Notes: generated from the letters alone by a model not told the origin. A DNA stretch of 64,000 nucleotides from Lysinibacillus sp. (GCA_032053185.1 DAMBVB010000004.1:77900-141899), one strand, 5' to 3'. Positions 29,419 to 40,040 are shown, counted from the stretch's first letter. Numbers and translations: made by a program.

Positions 29419-29931
29419 TTAATATTGAATAAGTGTTTTTATGTTTAAATCGCCAAGTTTTGCGCGACCGTTTAGCTCTGTTAACTCGATAAGGAATGCG
29501 CAGCCAACAACTTGACCACCTAATTGTTCAACTAAGCGTACTGTTGCTTCAACTGTACCACCAGTCGCAAGTAAATCATCACAGATTAATACTTTTTGAC
29601 CTGGTTTAATCGCATCTTTGTGCATTGTTAGCGTATCTTTACCATATTCAAGGCCGTAGTCAGCACTTATCACTTCACGTGGTAATTTTCCTGGCTTACG
29701 AACAGGTGCAAAACCAATTTCAAGCGCATAAGCAACTGGACATCCGATAATGAAGCCACGAGCTTCAGGACCTACCACAAGCTCAGCACCTAATTCTTTT
29801 GCGTAACTTACGATTTGATTTGTTGCATATTTGTATGCCTGACCGTTATCCATAATTGTTGTAATATCTTTGAAGCTGATACCTTCCTTCGGCCAGTTTT
29901 CAACCGTTGTTACATATTGCTTTAAATCCAT
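29419..29931 (-). CDS. apt: Adenine phosphoribosyltransferase
   Basis: 170 aa with the PRPP motif [13 protein letters not shown]. Confidence 0.95.
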   Translation of the reverse strand: MDLKQYVTTVENWPKEGISFKDITTIMDNGQAYKYATNQIVSYAKELGAELVVGPEARGFIIGCPVAYALEIGFAPVRKPGKLPREVISADYGLEYGKDTLTMHKDAIKPGQKVLICDDLLATGGTVEATVRLVEQLGGQVVGCAFLIELTELNGRAKLGDLNIKTLIQY

Positions 29932-29964
29932 GTTATCGTTCCTCCTACGAAACTTTTTCGTATA

Positions 29965-32283
29965 TTAATATATTCGTTCATCAAACCATTGTTTTAATTC
30001 TATATAAGGGGCATATACAAGCTTTTGCTCCATTTCAATCTGTTCTGAACGCTGTTTGTAAGACGGTGCCTCTGTAAGTGCCTGTTTTGGTACATTCACG
30101 TTGACAGTCGTCAATCCACTCTCCATTTTAACAAACCCAAGCTCAAAAAACACCTGTGTCATAAATTTTAATGCATCCAACGGCCAACCTGTATGTTTCG
30201 CTAATTCAGCCAAATGCATATTTAACGGGAAAGCAGGACGATTTTTTAAAAACTTATAATACCAGGAAAATTGCTCACGTGTAGGCAATCCATTGAAGTA
30301 CTGCGAATCAGGCATGTAAAAGTGTGCATATATACGAGAAGGTGCTGTTTTTCGTAAGACATTTTCTAACATTTGAACATTTTGTGGCAAATCTAGTAGC
30401 ACGATAAAATTGCTTTGTTCTACATTTGAAAGCGTAGGATCCACTGCTAGGATTGGCACACCAATTAACGACTCGTAATAGGTAATCGTCTCTGGACGGA
30501 AGGCGATGAATGTTGCCTCCTCTTTTGGAACCGTATTTAACCAGCGTGATGTTTGTCGAATACCACGAATATCAAATAATTGCCATTCAGTCGTTTGGAC
30601 ATCCTCTATCATAAATTGTGCTTTTTTACGTCCTTGCCACTCGTTAATTTGTAAATCTCCAGTAAATGAAACTTTTATTCCATATGTTAACTCGTCGTGT
30701 AAATGTCCTTTATTGAAACCGACACTATCCAATTTTTCATAGCCATCCGTCAATTCCATTTTTATATGATTTTCTGCTGCGCCAATTTTCCGCATGGAAG
30801 CTATCTCCACATCTTCGAGCACATAAACAGGCTTCGGAAAATCCGTACCATATGGACCAAGCGTAGAAATCTCTTCAATGGCATCTGCTGAAATTTCATC
30901 CATTTTTAATGGAATATCAATATTGAGTACAGGTGTTAATTGCTCTTCTGATAAACATGCTCTTGCTTGAGTATCTAAGCGTGTTCTTAGTTCATCCACA
31001 TGCTCAATGGGTAATGTCATCCCTGCTGCCATAGGATGCCCACCAAAATGAGGTAATATATCTCGATTTTTCGCTAGTTCATTAAATAAATGGAATCCTT
31101 CAATACTACGAGCTGAGCCTTTAGCTGTTCCTTTTTCATAGTCTAGTGACAGTACAATGGTTGGACGATAATAAAGCTCTACAAGACGAGACGCGACAAT
31201 CCCTACTACCCCAGCATTCCAGCCTTCTCCAGCGATCACTAAAACGAGTGAATCCCCAATTTTTTTATCTGATTCAATGAGAGCAATGGCCTCATCTGTA
31301 ATACTCTTTACAATATCTTTGCGCTCACTATTACATGTATTAAGCTGTTTCGCCAAGGCTGTTGCTTTAGCATTATCCTCAGCCATTAATAGCTCTACGC
31401 CTGGTGCCGCTTCTCCAAGTCGACCAACTGCATTTAAACGCGGTCCAAAGTAAAAGCCGATTGTTTCTTCACTGATTTTAGCTTGCTCTGCACTTGCAAC
31501 TTTACACATCGCTTGTACCCAAGGGCTAAGTGAACGACGCATTTCTTCTATTCCTCGCTTAACTAGGTAGCGGTTTTCATCCACTAATGGTACTAAATCC
31601 GCTACTGTTCCAACAGCGACATATTCAAATAAATGAGTTGGCAGTTCCCCATATAAAGCATGAGCTAACTTAAACGCTACACCCACACCTGCTAGCTCAC
31701 CAAATGGATAATGTCCTTCTGGTATACGGGGATGTAAAATAATATCGGCAGGTGGTAATTCATCGCCTGGTTCATGGTGATCTGTAACGATAACATCCAT
31801 ACCTAGTTCCTTCGCGATACGAATCGGTTCAATCCCTGAAATACCATTATCAACTGTAATAATTAGTTGAACACCCTCGTCATGCGCTTCACGAAATAGT
31901 ACTTCGTGCGGTCCATAGCCGTGATTAAAACGATTTGGTATTTTAAACGAAACATCGGCACCGAGATCAAGTAACACATTCAGCATGACTGTCGTGCTAG
32001 TGACTCCATCGGAATCGTAATCGCCATATACTAAGATTTTCTCTCCATTATCAAGCGCTTGCTCAATACGTGCTACTGCTTCTGCCATGCCGTGCATTAA
32101 AAACGGGTCATGGATACTTGCTTCTGTCATATTTAATAAGCTCTCTGCGTCAGCAGTTGTTTCGCAGCCTCGTGCTGCTAAAATTTTTGCTGCAATCGCA
32201 GATAATTGTAGGTCATTTTGTAATGTTTGGACAAGCTTCGCGTCTGGGCGCTCTACTTGCCATCTCTTTTTCGATAGAATCAT
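29965..32283 (-). CDS. recJ: Single-stranded-DNA-specific exonuclease RecJ
   Basis: 772 aa with DHH (GDYDSDGVTS, VTDHH) and DHHA1 (GGHPMAAG) motifs. Confidence 0.95.
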   Translation of the reverse strand: MILSKKRWQVERPDAKLVQTLQNDLQLSAIAAKILAARGCETTADAESLLNMTEASIHDPFLMHGMAEAVARIEQALDNGEKILVYGDYDSDGVTSTTVMLNVLLDLGADVSFKIPNRFNHGYGPHEVLFREAHDEGVQLIITVDNGISGIEPIRIAKELGMDVIVTDHHEPGDELPPADIILHPRIPEGHYPFGELAGVGVAFKLAHALYGELPTHLFEYVAVGTVADLVPLVDENRYLVKRGIEEMRRSLSPWVQAMCKVASAEQAKISEETIGFYFGPRLNAVGRLGEAAPGVELLMAEDNAKATALAKQLNTCNSERKDIVKSITDEAIALIESDKKIGDSLVLVIAGEGWNAGVVGIVASRLVELYYRPTIVLSLDYEKGTAKGSARSIEGFHLFNELAKNRDILPHFGGHPMAAGMTLPIEHVDELRTRLDTQARACLSEEQLTPVLNIDIPLKMDEISADAIEEISTLGPYGTDFPKPVYVLEDVEIASMRKIGAAENHIKMELTDGYEKLDSVGFNKGHLHDELTYGIKVSFTGDLQINEWQGRKKAQFMIEDVQTTEWQLFDIRGIRQTSRWLNTVPKEEATFIAFRPETITYYESLIGVPILAVDPTLSNVEQSNFIVLLDLPQNVQMLENVLRKTAPSRIYAHFYMPDSQYFNGLPTREQFSWYYKFLKNRPAFPLNMHLAELAKHTGWPLDALKFMTQVFFELGFVKMESGLTTVNVNVPKQALTEAPSYKQRSEQIEMEQKLVYAPYIELKQWFDERIY

Positions 32284-32407
32284 CTTTTCACTTCCTCACG
32301 AAAGCTATTATACCGAAAATCTTACCTATCCGCACTATCTGCTAGAATGATAGTTTTACCTGTAAAGTTGTGGCAGCCCGTCGTCGTTTCTACTATTCTC
32401 TAACAAT

Positions 32408-32445
32408 CCAAAAAGAGAAAAGCCTACTCCGTTTAAAGAGTAGAC
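32408..32445 (-). terminator. Probable terminator overlapping the trpA stop codon
   Basis: Minus strand: CTACTC-TTTAAACG-GAGTAG then GCTTTTCTCTTTTT. The stem is short. Confidence 0.45.
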
Positions 32446-33224
32446 TTCTGAAATACTTCTTTTGAAGCAGATACTAATGCGTCAACCTTCTCCAAATTAC
32501 CCTCATGCAATGCTGTCACGATCGCACTACCTACGATTACACCATCACTAAGTGCCCCCATACTTACCACCTGCTCAGGAGTTGAAATTCCAAAGCCAGC
32601 TAGGACTGGTATTTGGCTTGCTTCACGTAAGCGTGCAAAATGACCATGTAAATCATCTGCAAATCTTGCACGGGCCCCTGTAATTCCATTGACTGTCACA
32701 GCATAGACAAACCCTTGACTAGCAGCCGCGATACGTGCAATTCGCCCAGGAGGACTTGTTAACGATACAAGCTGGATGATGTCGATACCAAGAGGATTTA
32801 AAGTATCACGTAAGATTGCACTTTCTTCAAGCGGTACATCAGGAACGATTAACCCTTTAACACCCCCTGCTATACAAGCTTTAGCAAAAGCCTCTAACCC
32901 AAAAGCTAAAACAGGATTAAAATAAGTCATGACAACTAACGGAACTTGAATTTCTTCTTTAAATGAAGCTAATGCTTCTAGCACTTTACGTAATGTCACG
33001 TCTTCTGCTAAAGCCCGTTCACCTGCTTGCTCTATCGTCGGTCCATCCGCTACAGGATCGGTGAATGGTATACCCACTTCAATGGCCGTTACACCCATTT
33101 GCTGTAGCTTCAAAATCGTTGGCTTCAAAGTTTCCAGACCTCCATCGCCCGCCATAATATATGGTACAAATGCTTTATGTCCAGCAATTTTCGTTTGTTC
33201 AATTGCTTGCTGTAGTGTCGTCAT
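32433..33224 (-). CDS. trpA: Tryptophan synthase alpha chain
   Basis: 263 aa with FVPYIMAGDG, EVGIPFTDPVADGPTIQ-like and GFGIS motifs. Confidence 0.95.
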   Translation of the reverse strand: MTTLQQAIEQTKIAGHKAFVPYIMAGDGGLETLKPTILKLQQMGVTAIEVGIPFTDPVADGPTIEQAGERALAEDVTLRKVLEALASFKEEIQVPLVVMTYFNPVLAFGLEAFAKACIAGGVKGLIVPDVPLEESAILRDTLNPLGIDIIQLVSLTSPPGRIARIAAASQGFVYAVTVNGITGARARFADDLHGHFARLREASQIPVLAGFGISTPEQVVSMGALSDGVIVGSAIVTALHEGNLEKVDALVSASKEVFQKSTL

Positions 33225-34432
33225 TACATTTTTCCTCCTAATACTTGTCGGACAGTATGGACATCCTTATCTCCTCGGCCAGATAAGCACACAACAATGA
33301 TGTCATCTATAGACATTGTCTTCGCAAGTTTTGCTGTATAAGCAATGGCATGAGAGCTTTCTAGTGCAGGTAGTATACCTTCCGTTTTACTCAGTAATAG
33401 CAAGCCCTCAAGTGCTTCGCTATCTGTAATCGAATCAAATTGAACACGCCCAATATCATGTAAATAACAATGCTCTGGGCCCTTCCCTGGATAATCTAAA
33501 CCAGCTGAAATAGAATGTGCTTCCTGCACAAAGCCATTTTCATCTTGTAATACATACATGTATGCACCATGTAAAACGCCTAGCTGACCACCAGCAATGG
33601 CTGCTGCATGCTTACCTGTCCCAATGCCACTGCCTGCTGCCTCTACGCCGTATAGCGCTACAGTCTCGTCATCGACAAAAGGATGGAACATACCGATTGC
33701 ATTACTACCACCGCCTATACAAGCAATGACTGCATCTGGTAAACGTCCTTCCTTATTTAAAATCTGCTCTCTAGTTTCAACACCAATTACACGCTGGAAA
33801 TCCCTTACGATTTTCGGGAATGGATGTGGCCCTAAAGCCGAGCCTAAAATATAATGAGTATCCTCAACATTTGTCACCCAGTAGCGCAGTGCTGCATTGA
33901 CAGCATCCTTCAATGTTTTTGACCCTGTTTCTACAGACTCTACTTTTGTACCGAGTAACTCCATGCGAAAGACATTCAATTGTTGGCGTTTGATATCCTC
34001 TGCGCCCATAAATACAACACATTCAAGATTCAATAATGCGCATGCTGTGGCCGTTGCTACTCCATGCTGCCCTGCACCTGTTTCTGCCACTATTTTCTTT
34101 TTACCCATGCGTTTTGCAAGAAGGGCTTGACCAATCGCATTATTAATCTTATGGGCTCCCGTATGATTTAAATCTTCACGCTTTAAATAAACCTTCGCGC
34201 CGCCTAGCTCTTTTGTTAAATTTTCTGCGTAATACAATGGCGTCTCACGACCAACGTATTGTTGTAAATAATAGGCCAATTCCTCAGTAAACGCTTGATC
34301 ATTCATCGCCTCTTCATAGGCCGTCTCTAATTCCAACAAAGCTGTCATTAATGTTTCCGGAACAAATTGTCCACCAAATTTTCCGTAACGCCCTTCCTTT
34401 GTCGGTACACTATTTGCAATTGAATTCACCAC
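33224..34432 (-). CDS. trpB: Tryptophan synthase beta chain
   Basis: 402 aa with [24 protein letters not shown] and GGGSNAIG. Confidence 0.95.
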   Translation of the reverse strand: MVNSIANSVPTKEGRYGKFGGQFVPETLMTALLELETAYEEAMNDQAFTEELAYYLQQYVGRETPLYYAENLTKELGGAKVYLKREDLNHTGAHKINNAIGQALLAKRMGKKKIVAETGAGQHGVATATACALLNLECVVFMGAEDIKRQQLNVFRMELLGTKVESVETGSKTLKDAVNAALRYWVTNVEDTHYILGSALGPHPFPKIVRDFQRVIGVETREQILNKEGRLPDAVIACIGGGSNAIGMFHPFVDDETVALYGVEAAGSGIGTGKHAAAIAGGQLGVLHGAYMYVLQDENGFVQEAHSISAGLDYPGKGPEHCYLHDIGRVQFDSITDSEALEGLLLLSKTEGILPALESSHAIAYTAKLAKTMSIDDIIVVCLSGRGDKDVHTVRQVLGGKM

Positions 34433-35046
34433 TATGCTCTCCCCTTCTGCACTGCCTGTAAAAACGCGTTTATTTTCGCTATATCTTTTATACCGTCTGT
34501 CTCCACACCACTCGATACATCAACCATTGATGGCGACACAAGCGATACAGCTTCTTCAATATTTTCAGCTTGCAAACCACCTGCTAACATTAGCTTTTCT
34601 CGCGGAATCCCTACCAACTCTAAGAGGGTCCAATCAAACGTGTGACCACTGCCACCTTTAAAATCTGTCCCTGGTGCATCAAATAAGTAATAGTCCACAT
34701 CATAGTTTGCAGCCATGTGAACATCTTTAGCACCTCTAACGGACAAAGCTTTAATGGCTGGATAACCTTGCTGACGAATAAATTCCGGAGACTCTTCCCC
34801 GTGGTATTGCACATAATCTAATGGCACTTTTTCTACCGCTGCACGTAATTCCTCTGCGCTTGGATTGACAAAAACACCAATTTTTAAAACGCTCTCTGGC
34901 ACATATTTGGCTAATTGCTGTGCCTGTTCAACCGTCACTCGTCGTTTACTTGGTGCAAAGACAAAACCAACTGCAGCCGCTCCTGCCTCTACTGCAGCCT
35001 GTACATGCTGTTGTTCCTTCAGCCCACAAATTTTTACCTTCGTCAT
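34432..35046 (-). CDS. trpF: Phosphoribosylanthranilate isomerase
   Basis: 204 aa starting MTKVKICGL; position in the operon agrees. Confidence 0.9.
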   Translation of the reverse strand: MTKVKICGLKEQQHVQAAVEAGAAAVGFVFAPSKRRVTVEQAQQLAKYVPESVLKIGVFVNPSAEELRAAVEKVPLDYVQYHGEESPEFIRQQGYPAIKALSVRGAKDVHMAANYDVDYYLFDAPGTDFKGGSGHTFDWTLLELVGIPREKLMLAGGLQAENIEEAVSLVSPSMVDVSSGVETDGIKDIAKINAFLQAVQKGRA

Positions 35047-35834
35047 ACAAATGCCCCCACCTTATTGACCTGAAAACTTTTTAGAGAAGAACCTGCATCT
35101 CCACTGCGCATTAATGACTCACCTACAAGAACGCCACTAGCTCCCATGGCCGCCACCGCTTTAGCGTCTTCTTGCGTCCAAATCCCACTTTCACTTATTA
35201 ATACTTTCTCTTCTTCGAACGGAAAAGCTTTAGCAATTTCACGTGTGCGTTCTAAGCTCACCTCAAAGGTGCGTAAATCACGGTTATTAACGCCAATTAG
35301 TTTGGCACCAACTGCAATTGCCCGCTCAAGCTCTTTTATATCATGCACCTCCACTAATACCTCTAAATTCAAACCTGTTGCATAGCTATACAGATCACGT
35401 AATGCTTGATCGGTTAACGCGGCCACAATTAATAAAATAATGGATGCACCTGATGCCTTTGCAAATCGAATTTGCACATGATCGATCATAAAATCCTTGC
35501 AAAGAAGGGGCGTCTGAACAGCATTTGCAACTGCAGCTAAATCATCAAAGGAGCCTTTAAAAAACTGTTTATCTGTTAAAACAGAAATGGCCGCTGCCCC
35601 TGCTTTTGCATAAATTTTTGCTTGAGCCACTGGATCTGCCCCTTCCGCGATTAGTCCTTTTGAGGGGGACGCACGCTTCATTTCAGAAATAACTTGTAAT
35701 ATTTCAGCTTTTCGCAATTGCTCAAACAACGATGGACGCGGTTTTTCTGTAAAATTCGCTAATGGGTCGGGCTGTTCAAGTAAAGCACGAACTTCAATCT
35801 TTTTTTGTTCGAGAATTTTATTTAAGATATTCAT
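35043..35834 (-). CDS. trpC: Indole-3-glycerol phosphate synthase
   Basis: Internal start MNILNKILEQKKIEV. Contains EMKRASPSKG and NNRDLRTF motifs. Confidence 0.9.
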   Translation of the reverse strand: MNILNKILEQKKIEVRALLEQPDPLANFTEKPRPSLFEQLRKAEILQVISEMKRASPSKGLIAEGADPVAQAKIYAKAGAAAISVLTDKQFFKGSFDDLAAVANAVQTPLLCKDFMIDHVQIRFAKASGASIILLIVAALTDQALRDLYSYATGLNLEVLVEVHDIKELERAIAVGAKLIGVNNRDLRTFEVSLERTREIAKAFPFEEEKVLISESGIWTQEDAKAVAAMGASGVLVGESLMRSGDAGSSLKSFQVNKVGAFV

Positions 35835-36861
35835 CGCGGACCCCCACTTCGTTAATATGCTCACTATAAGCAACGACTGCCTCTAATTTTCGGAGTGCAC
35901 GCCCGCTAAAAATACTATCCTTCGCCATTTCTACACCTTCTCTAACGGTTTCAGCAATTCCATAGCTGAACAACCCAATACCAGCATTCAATAAAACTGT
36001 GTCAAAATAAGCACTTTGTTCGCCGGCTAATAATTTACGCATAATTGCTGCGTTTTCATCTGCATTACCTCCACGAATAGCCTCAATTGATGCATAGCTG
36101 AGACCCGCTTCCTCCGCAGTTAATGAAAATGGAATCAAGTCTCCCTTATCTACTAAAACAAAAGTATTTTGACCAGCTAATGACGCCTCATCTAATCCTA
36201 GTGGCCCAGAAACGACCATCGCACGTTCCCGCCCAAGCATTTGTAATACGGATGCGTATTCCATGACAAAATTAGGACGGTTAATGCCTGTAAATTGCGT
36301 CGATAAAGGCACTGGATTCGTAAGAGGACCGACAAGATTAAAAATAGTTGGCGTGCCAAGTGCCCGACGAACCTCACCAATTCGCTTTAATTTCGGATGG
36401 ACATTTGGAGCATACAAAAAGGCGATTCCTTCTTTCGCTAACAGATCCATAGTTTGTTCAATGGAAATATTCGTATGAATACCGAGTGCTTCCAAAACAT
36501 CAGAACTTCCTGATGCCGAAGAAATTTTGCGATTACCGTGCTTCGCCATTTTGACACCAGCCCCCGCTAATACAAAGGCACAAGCTGTACTGATATTAAA
36601 TGTATTAAGACCATCGCCACCAGTACCGCAGTTATCCATATAGATCCCTTCGTTTGCTGGTACATCTAATGCAAACGAACGCATAGTTGTGGCTAATGCC
36701 GCTACTTCATGAGCAGTTTCACCTTTGACAGATAATGCCGTTAAAAAGCTTGCGATTTGTTCTTTTGGTGTGTCATCTTGGAACATCCATGTTGCTGCCT
36801 GTAGCATTTCCTCATACATCAAATGCCCTCGTTGTTGTACTTTTTGACGAATACCTTCCAT
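35818..36861 (-). CDS. trpD: Anthranilate phosphoribosyltransferase
   Basis: 347 aa with CGTGGDG and KHGNRKISSASGSSD motifs. Confidence 0.9.
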   Translation of the reverse strand: MEGIRQKVQQRGHLMYEEMLQAATWMFQDDTPKEQIASFLTALSVKGETAHEVAALATTMRSFALDVPANEGIYMDNCGTGGDGLNTFNISTACAFVLAGAGVKMAKHGNRKISSASGSSDVLEALGIHTNISIEQTMDLLAKEGIAFLYAPNVHPKLKRIGEVRRALGTPTIFNLVGPLTNPVPLSTQFTGINRPNFVMEYASVLQMLGRERAMVVSGPLGLDEASLAGQNTFVLVDKGDLIPFSLTAEEAGLSYASIEAIRGGNADENAAIMRKLLAGEQSAYFDTVLLNAGIGLFSYGIAETVREGVEMAKDSIFSGRALRKLEAVVAYSEHINEVGVRDEYLK

Positions 36862-38231
36862 TAAAGTTGGCCTCCTTCTTTTTCAAGTAGCTGCAAAAAT
36901 TCCTGTTCGTCCTTTTCTACTTGTTTTAAAACTTCCTTAACATTGGTGTATTTGGTCATCGTTACAGTTGATCGCATATGCATCGTTGCATTTTCTATGA
37001 CAATGGCTTTCCCTGTTAATGCAAAATCAAGATGACCGTTAAAGCCAATAAATCCAAGACCTCCTCCAAATATCCCAGCAGTTCGACTAGATTTTTCTAA
37101 ATAGTCCTTTGCCTTATCCTTTGGGATACCTGTTGATGCAAAAGTTGGTAACGTCGCAGCTAATACATCCAGTGCATGAAGCATCGGTAATATTTGACCC
37201 TCGACTCTCGAGGTCATATATAATGCATGCTTTGAACGCTCAATTCTCACTGCCTCAATGACTTGAATGGAATCTCGGAAACATACAGACTGTAGCTCTT
37301 GTTGCACGGCAGAAACAAGTACAGCATGTGACTTCCTAATATTTGTGTTTTCATATAGCTTTCGTTCTTGTTCTAAATCTTCACCTTTTGTGGAACCTCT
37401 AGGCAATGTCCCCTCTGTTGGTGTCGCAATCACACGTTTACCTGTTACTCGAATTAGGCTTTCAGGAGATGTTCCTAAGACAACATGATCCTCAAACTCT
37501 ACATAATACATATAAGGAGCAGGATGTTTTTTACGCAATTGACGATATAAAGCGAAAGCATCACCTTGTAAAGTTGTTAAAAAACGCTTTGATAGAACGA
37601 CTCTTGTCATATCATCTAATGAAGCTTTGATAGCTGTAAGAGAATCTGCAAATTGTTCATTCGTAATCGACTCATATGGTTCATAACTACAAGTTGTATC
37701 CTCATTCTCTCTACCTTTTAAAAGCTGCTCCGCCAACTCTTCTAAATTTGGTTCTTTTTTTTCTGCATCAATATTTGTATGAATCAAAGTAACTTCATCT
37801 GTTACATGATCAAACACAATGACCGTCTCATACACATGAAAATGCACATCTGGTAGCTGTACTTTCGTCTGCTCAGTCGATAATACCGTTGTTGTACCAT
37901 GACCAACATAGCCAACAGCTCCGCCTGAGAATGGGAATCGAGTCGTATTGGATATACGTGGCATTAATCTTTTTAATAAAACAAACATGTCGCCTTTATG
38001 TGTATATGTGTTTCCAGTCTTAGACGAATATTCCTGAATCTCATCTCCAAAGCCTTTATACGTTTTTCTTGGATTAGCGCCGATAAAAGAAAAACGTCCT
38101 GCTCCCTCATGCTGGGCTGAACTCTCCAGTAAAAATTTAAGATTTCCTTGTAGGCGTCTAAAAATTAAAATCGGTGTTAAAGAATCAGCATTAACGGTTT
38201 TCATTTTCGTTCTTGAACTCATCGTTAACAT
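36861..38231 (-). CDS. trpE: Anthranilate synthase component I
   Basis: 456 aa with a chorismate-binding domain. First gene of the operon. No trpG is in the window. Confidence 0.9.
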   Translation of the reverse strand: MLTMSSRTKMKTVNADSLTPILIFRRLQGNLKFLLESSAQHEGAGRFSFIGANPRKTYKGFGDEIQEYSSKTGNTYTHKGDMFVLLKRLMPRISNTTRFPFSGGAVGYVGHGTTTVLSTEQTKVQLPDVHFHVYETVIVFDHVTDEVTLIHTNIDAEKKEPNLEELAEQLLKGRENEDTTCSYEPYESITNEQFADSLTAIKASLDDMTRVVLSKRFLTTLQGDAFALYRQLRKKHPAPYMYYVEFEDHVVLGTSPESLIRVTGKRVIATPTEGTLPRGSTKGEDLEQERKLYENTNIRKSHAVLVSAVQQELQSVCFRDSIQVIEAVRIERSKHALYMTSRVEGQILPMLHALDVLAATLPTFASTGIPKDKAKDYLEKSSRTAGIFGGGLGFIGFNGHLDFALTGKAIVIENATMHMRSTVTMTKYTNVKEVLKQVEKDEQEFLQLLEKEGGQL

Positions 38232-38317
38232 AATACCAAGCTCCTTTTCTTAAAAATCCACTACTGCTTGCCTTACAAATGTTTAGCTGCTAAATCGGTT
38301 CTTGTTGAAAAAAGGAT

Positions 38318-38745
38318 CATTATAGCGTAGGGTTGATTTCCATTCCGGCTGGGCGCTTTGTTGCTGACGCTTCGCTTTCGCACAGATAAAACATTTGCCG
38401 CCGACGCTTCGCTTTCGCGCAGAGCAGAGCTTCCTGGGGGCGTCCGATGAGCCGCTTCACTCGCGTTGCTCGCTCCAGGGTCTCGGGCCAACACGATGTT
38501 GGTCACGAAGGCGTTATCACAGGACGTGATGGTTTTAGCCTTCGTTCCCCTATGTGCTCGCTCCAGGGTCTCGGGCCATTACGAGGTTGGTCACGAAGGC
38601 GTTATCACAGGACGTGATGCTTTTAGCCTCCGTTCCTCTATTGCTAATCCCCAAGGAGTCGCCCAGCCTCCACTCCAATCAACTTATATGCATGGCGTAG
38701 GTTTTAACAAAATGTTACCCCTAATTCCCGATGATGGACAAAAGT
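38318..38745 (+). repeat. Mosaic repeat type A, full-length copy between the trp T-box terminator and trpE
   Basis: GGGTTGATTTCCATTCCGGCTGGGCGCTTTG, then two GCGAAAGCG modules (reverse complement), then GGCGTCCGATGAGCCGCT, then 2 x 88 bp, then CCCCAAGGAGTCGCCCAGCCTCCACTCCAATCAAC plus an extension. Confidence 0.9.
38468..38643. repeat. Tandem 88-bp units (2 copies), reverse complement of the 7026-7258 units
   Basis: GCTCGCTCCAGGGTCTCGGGCCA... restarts at 38468 and 38556. Confidence 0.95.
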
Positions 38746-38786
38746 TTATTAGAAATCATTTGTATGGCATTTTACCAAAGCATGGT

Positions 38787-38897
38787 GTTGTTGATATCTG
38801 TTCCGACTGGGTACTTTCCTGGGGACGTCAGGGAAACAAAATGTTTTCTGTGCATATCGCAGTAACATAGCGGATGTTTATTGTGCGAAAGCGCAGC
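38787..38897 (+). repeat. Second, partial type A element abutting the first
   Basis: GTTGTTGATATCTGTTCCGACTGGGTACTTTCC (arm) ... GGATGTTTATTGTGCGAAAGCGCAGC. Confidence 0.7.
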
Positions 38898-38917
38898 ATT
38901 CATCCCCCTGCAAATAA

Positions 38918-39350
38918 AAACAACAAAAAAAGCCCCCTACAAAAAGGATTTTTCCTAATTGCAGAGGACGATCATGACCGCGTTGCCACCTCATATTAGA
39001 GCATATTTGCTCTCCCTTAAGTGCTCAGCCTTAGTTCGCCAGTTAAATTGACGTATCTTTTGAGTTAATGACAAAAAGATTTATCTAAGTCGTAACACCC
39101 CCTTTAACGTGGGGAATCCGTTCGCTATTATCCATTTCGCCTTGGCGTAACATTCGCCAGAGGCATTGGACCCATAGATGTTTTTTTGTGCGAAAGCGCA
39201 ATGATAACGTACGTCAGCATGCATTTTCGTGACAAAAAACATCTGCTGGATGAAAATAATTAGCGACTCTCATAAGTCCATTCACATAAGCTACAAATCA
39301 GTTTACACCAACCACTGACTCTCTAAATTGCATACTGATGCTACTACTCT
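38918..39350 (-). promoter_or_regulatory. T-box leader with probable Trp (UGG) specifier for the trp operon; unusually long and carrying a repeat insertion
   Basis: The minus strand carries AGUAGUAGC, then AGAGAGUCAGUGGUUGGUGUAAA (stem I), then GAA-UGG-A (plus 39267-39273). The T-box core is AUGAGGUGGCAACGCGG (plus 38977-38990). The terminator is CCUCUGCAA...UUGUAGGGG plus a U-run (plus about 38918-38968). Confidence 0.75.
39174..39246. repeat. Inverted pair of GATGTTTTTTGTGCGAAAGCGC-type modules inside the trp T-box leader
   Basis: ATAGATGTTTTTTTGTGCGAAAGCGC (39174-39199) faces GCATTTTCGTGACAAAAAACATCTGC (39221-39246), giving a stem of about 25 nt. Confidence 0.8.
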
Positions 39351-39566
39351 TATTCAACAATTTCTCAGCTATTCTCATCTAAACTCAGCTCATCTGTTCT
39401 AAGGCTGACCTCGCTCCCGAGACCAACTACCTTGTATCGAACAAAAAAGTTAGTCTTATTCTATGCCAAACAACGATTATTGTCAATCAATTCAGAGAAA
39501 AAGAACAGGCGTTTTGAAATTATATAAAAAGGATAATTCCTCTTTATATATCCCACAAAAAGGAAG

Positions 39567-39935
39567 CTGAACGACGAAACAGCACGAGCTGGCGAGCATG
39601 GCAAAGACTTCGTAGTTGTAGCAGATGAAGTACGAAAGCTTGCTGAAGAAATCAATCTGCTGGCAAAATTGTCCCGCTGACAAATAAAATTCAAACGGAT
39701 ACAAAAAATGTAGCAGCTGCTGGGCATGAAAGATTAACATCTGTCCAGGATGATGTAGGGAAAAATTCACGTAGCCGGTAATGTATTTGATTCCATTACA
39801 CAAGTGGTGCACAATGCCACTTCAGAACAAATTTCAGAAAAGTGTCAAAGAAGTCGCTGGCTTTGTAACAGAAATTGCAGATGGTGTGAGTATTTCTGCT
39901 AGCAAATCATTGGCGAAGCGGTACTAGAGCAAGCT
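39567..39935 (+). pseudogene. Methyl-accepting chemotaxis protein remnant (signalling-domain fragment, 5'-truncated and frameshifted)
   Basis: Own translation: [37 protein letters not shown]. This is the invariant MCP hairpin-tip motif; downstream frames are broken. Confidence 0.7.
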
Positions 39936-39947
39936 GCAATAAGAAAA

Positions 39948-39989
39948 GAAATCTGCTTGCTTTCCTTGGAAAGTAGCAGATTCTTTTTG
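39948..39989 (+). terminator. Intrinsic terminator retained behind the MCP remnant
   Basis: GAAATCTGCT...AGCAGATTC followed by TTTTTG. Confidence 0.7.
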
Positions 39990-40040
39990 TTGCGTTTAAC
40001 GTTTAAATAGCAGTAGTCATCATTGGAATTTATGAGCATT

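Noticed and set aside
38436-38456. CGTCCGATGAGCC resembles the hammerhead ribozyme core CUGAUGA, and GCGAAAGC supplies a GAAA.
   Set aside because: The motif reads CCGAUGA, so the conserved U is a C. The nearby GAAA boxes lie on the opposite strand. No three-stem junction can be drawn.
39461-39812. Two overlapping minus-strand ORFs (88 and 106 aa).
   Set aside because: They are antisense to the MCP signalling-domain remnant, which reads clearly on the plus strand.
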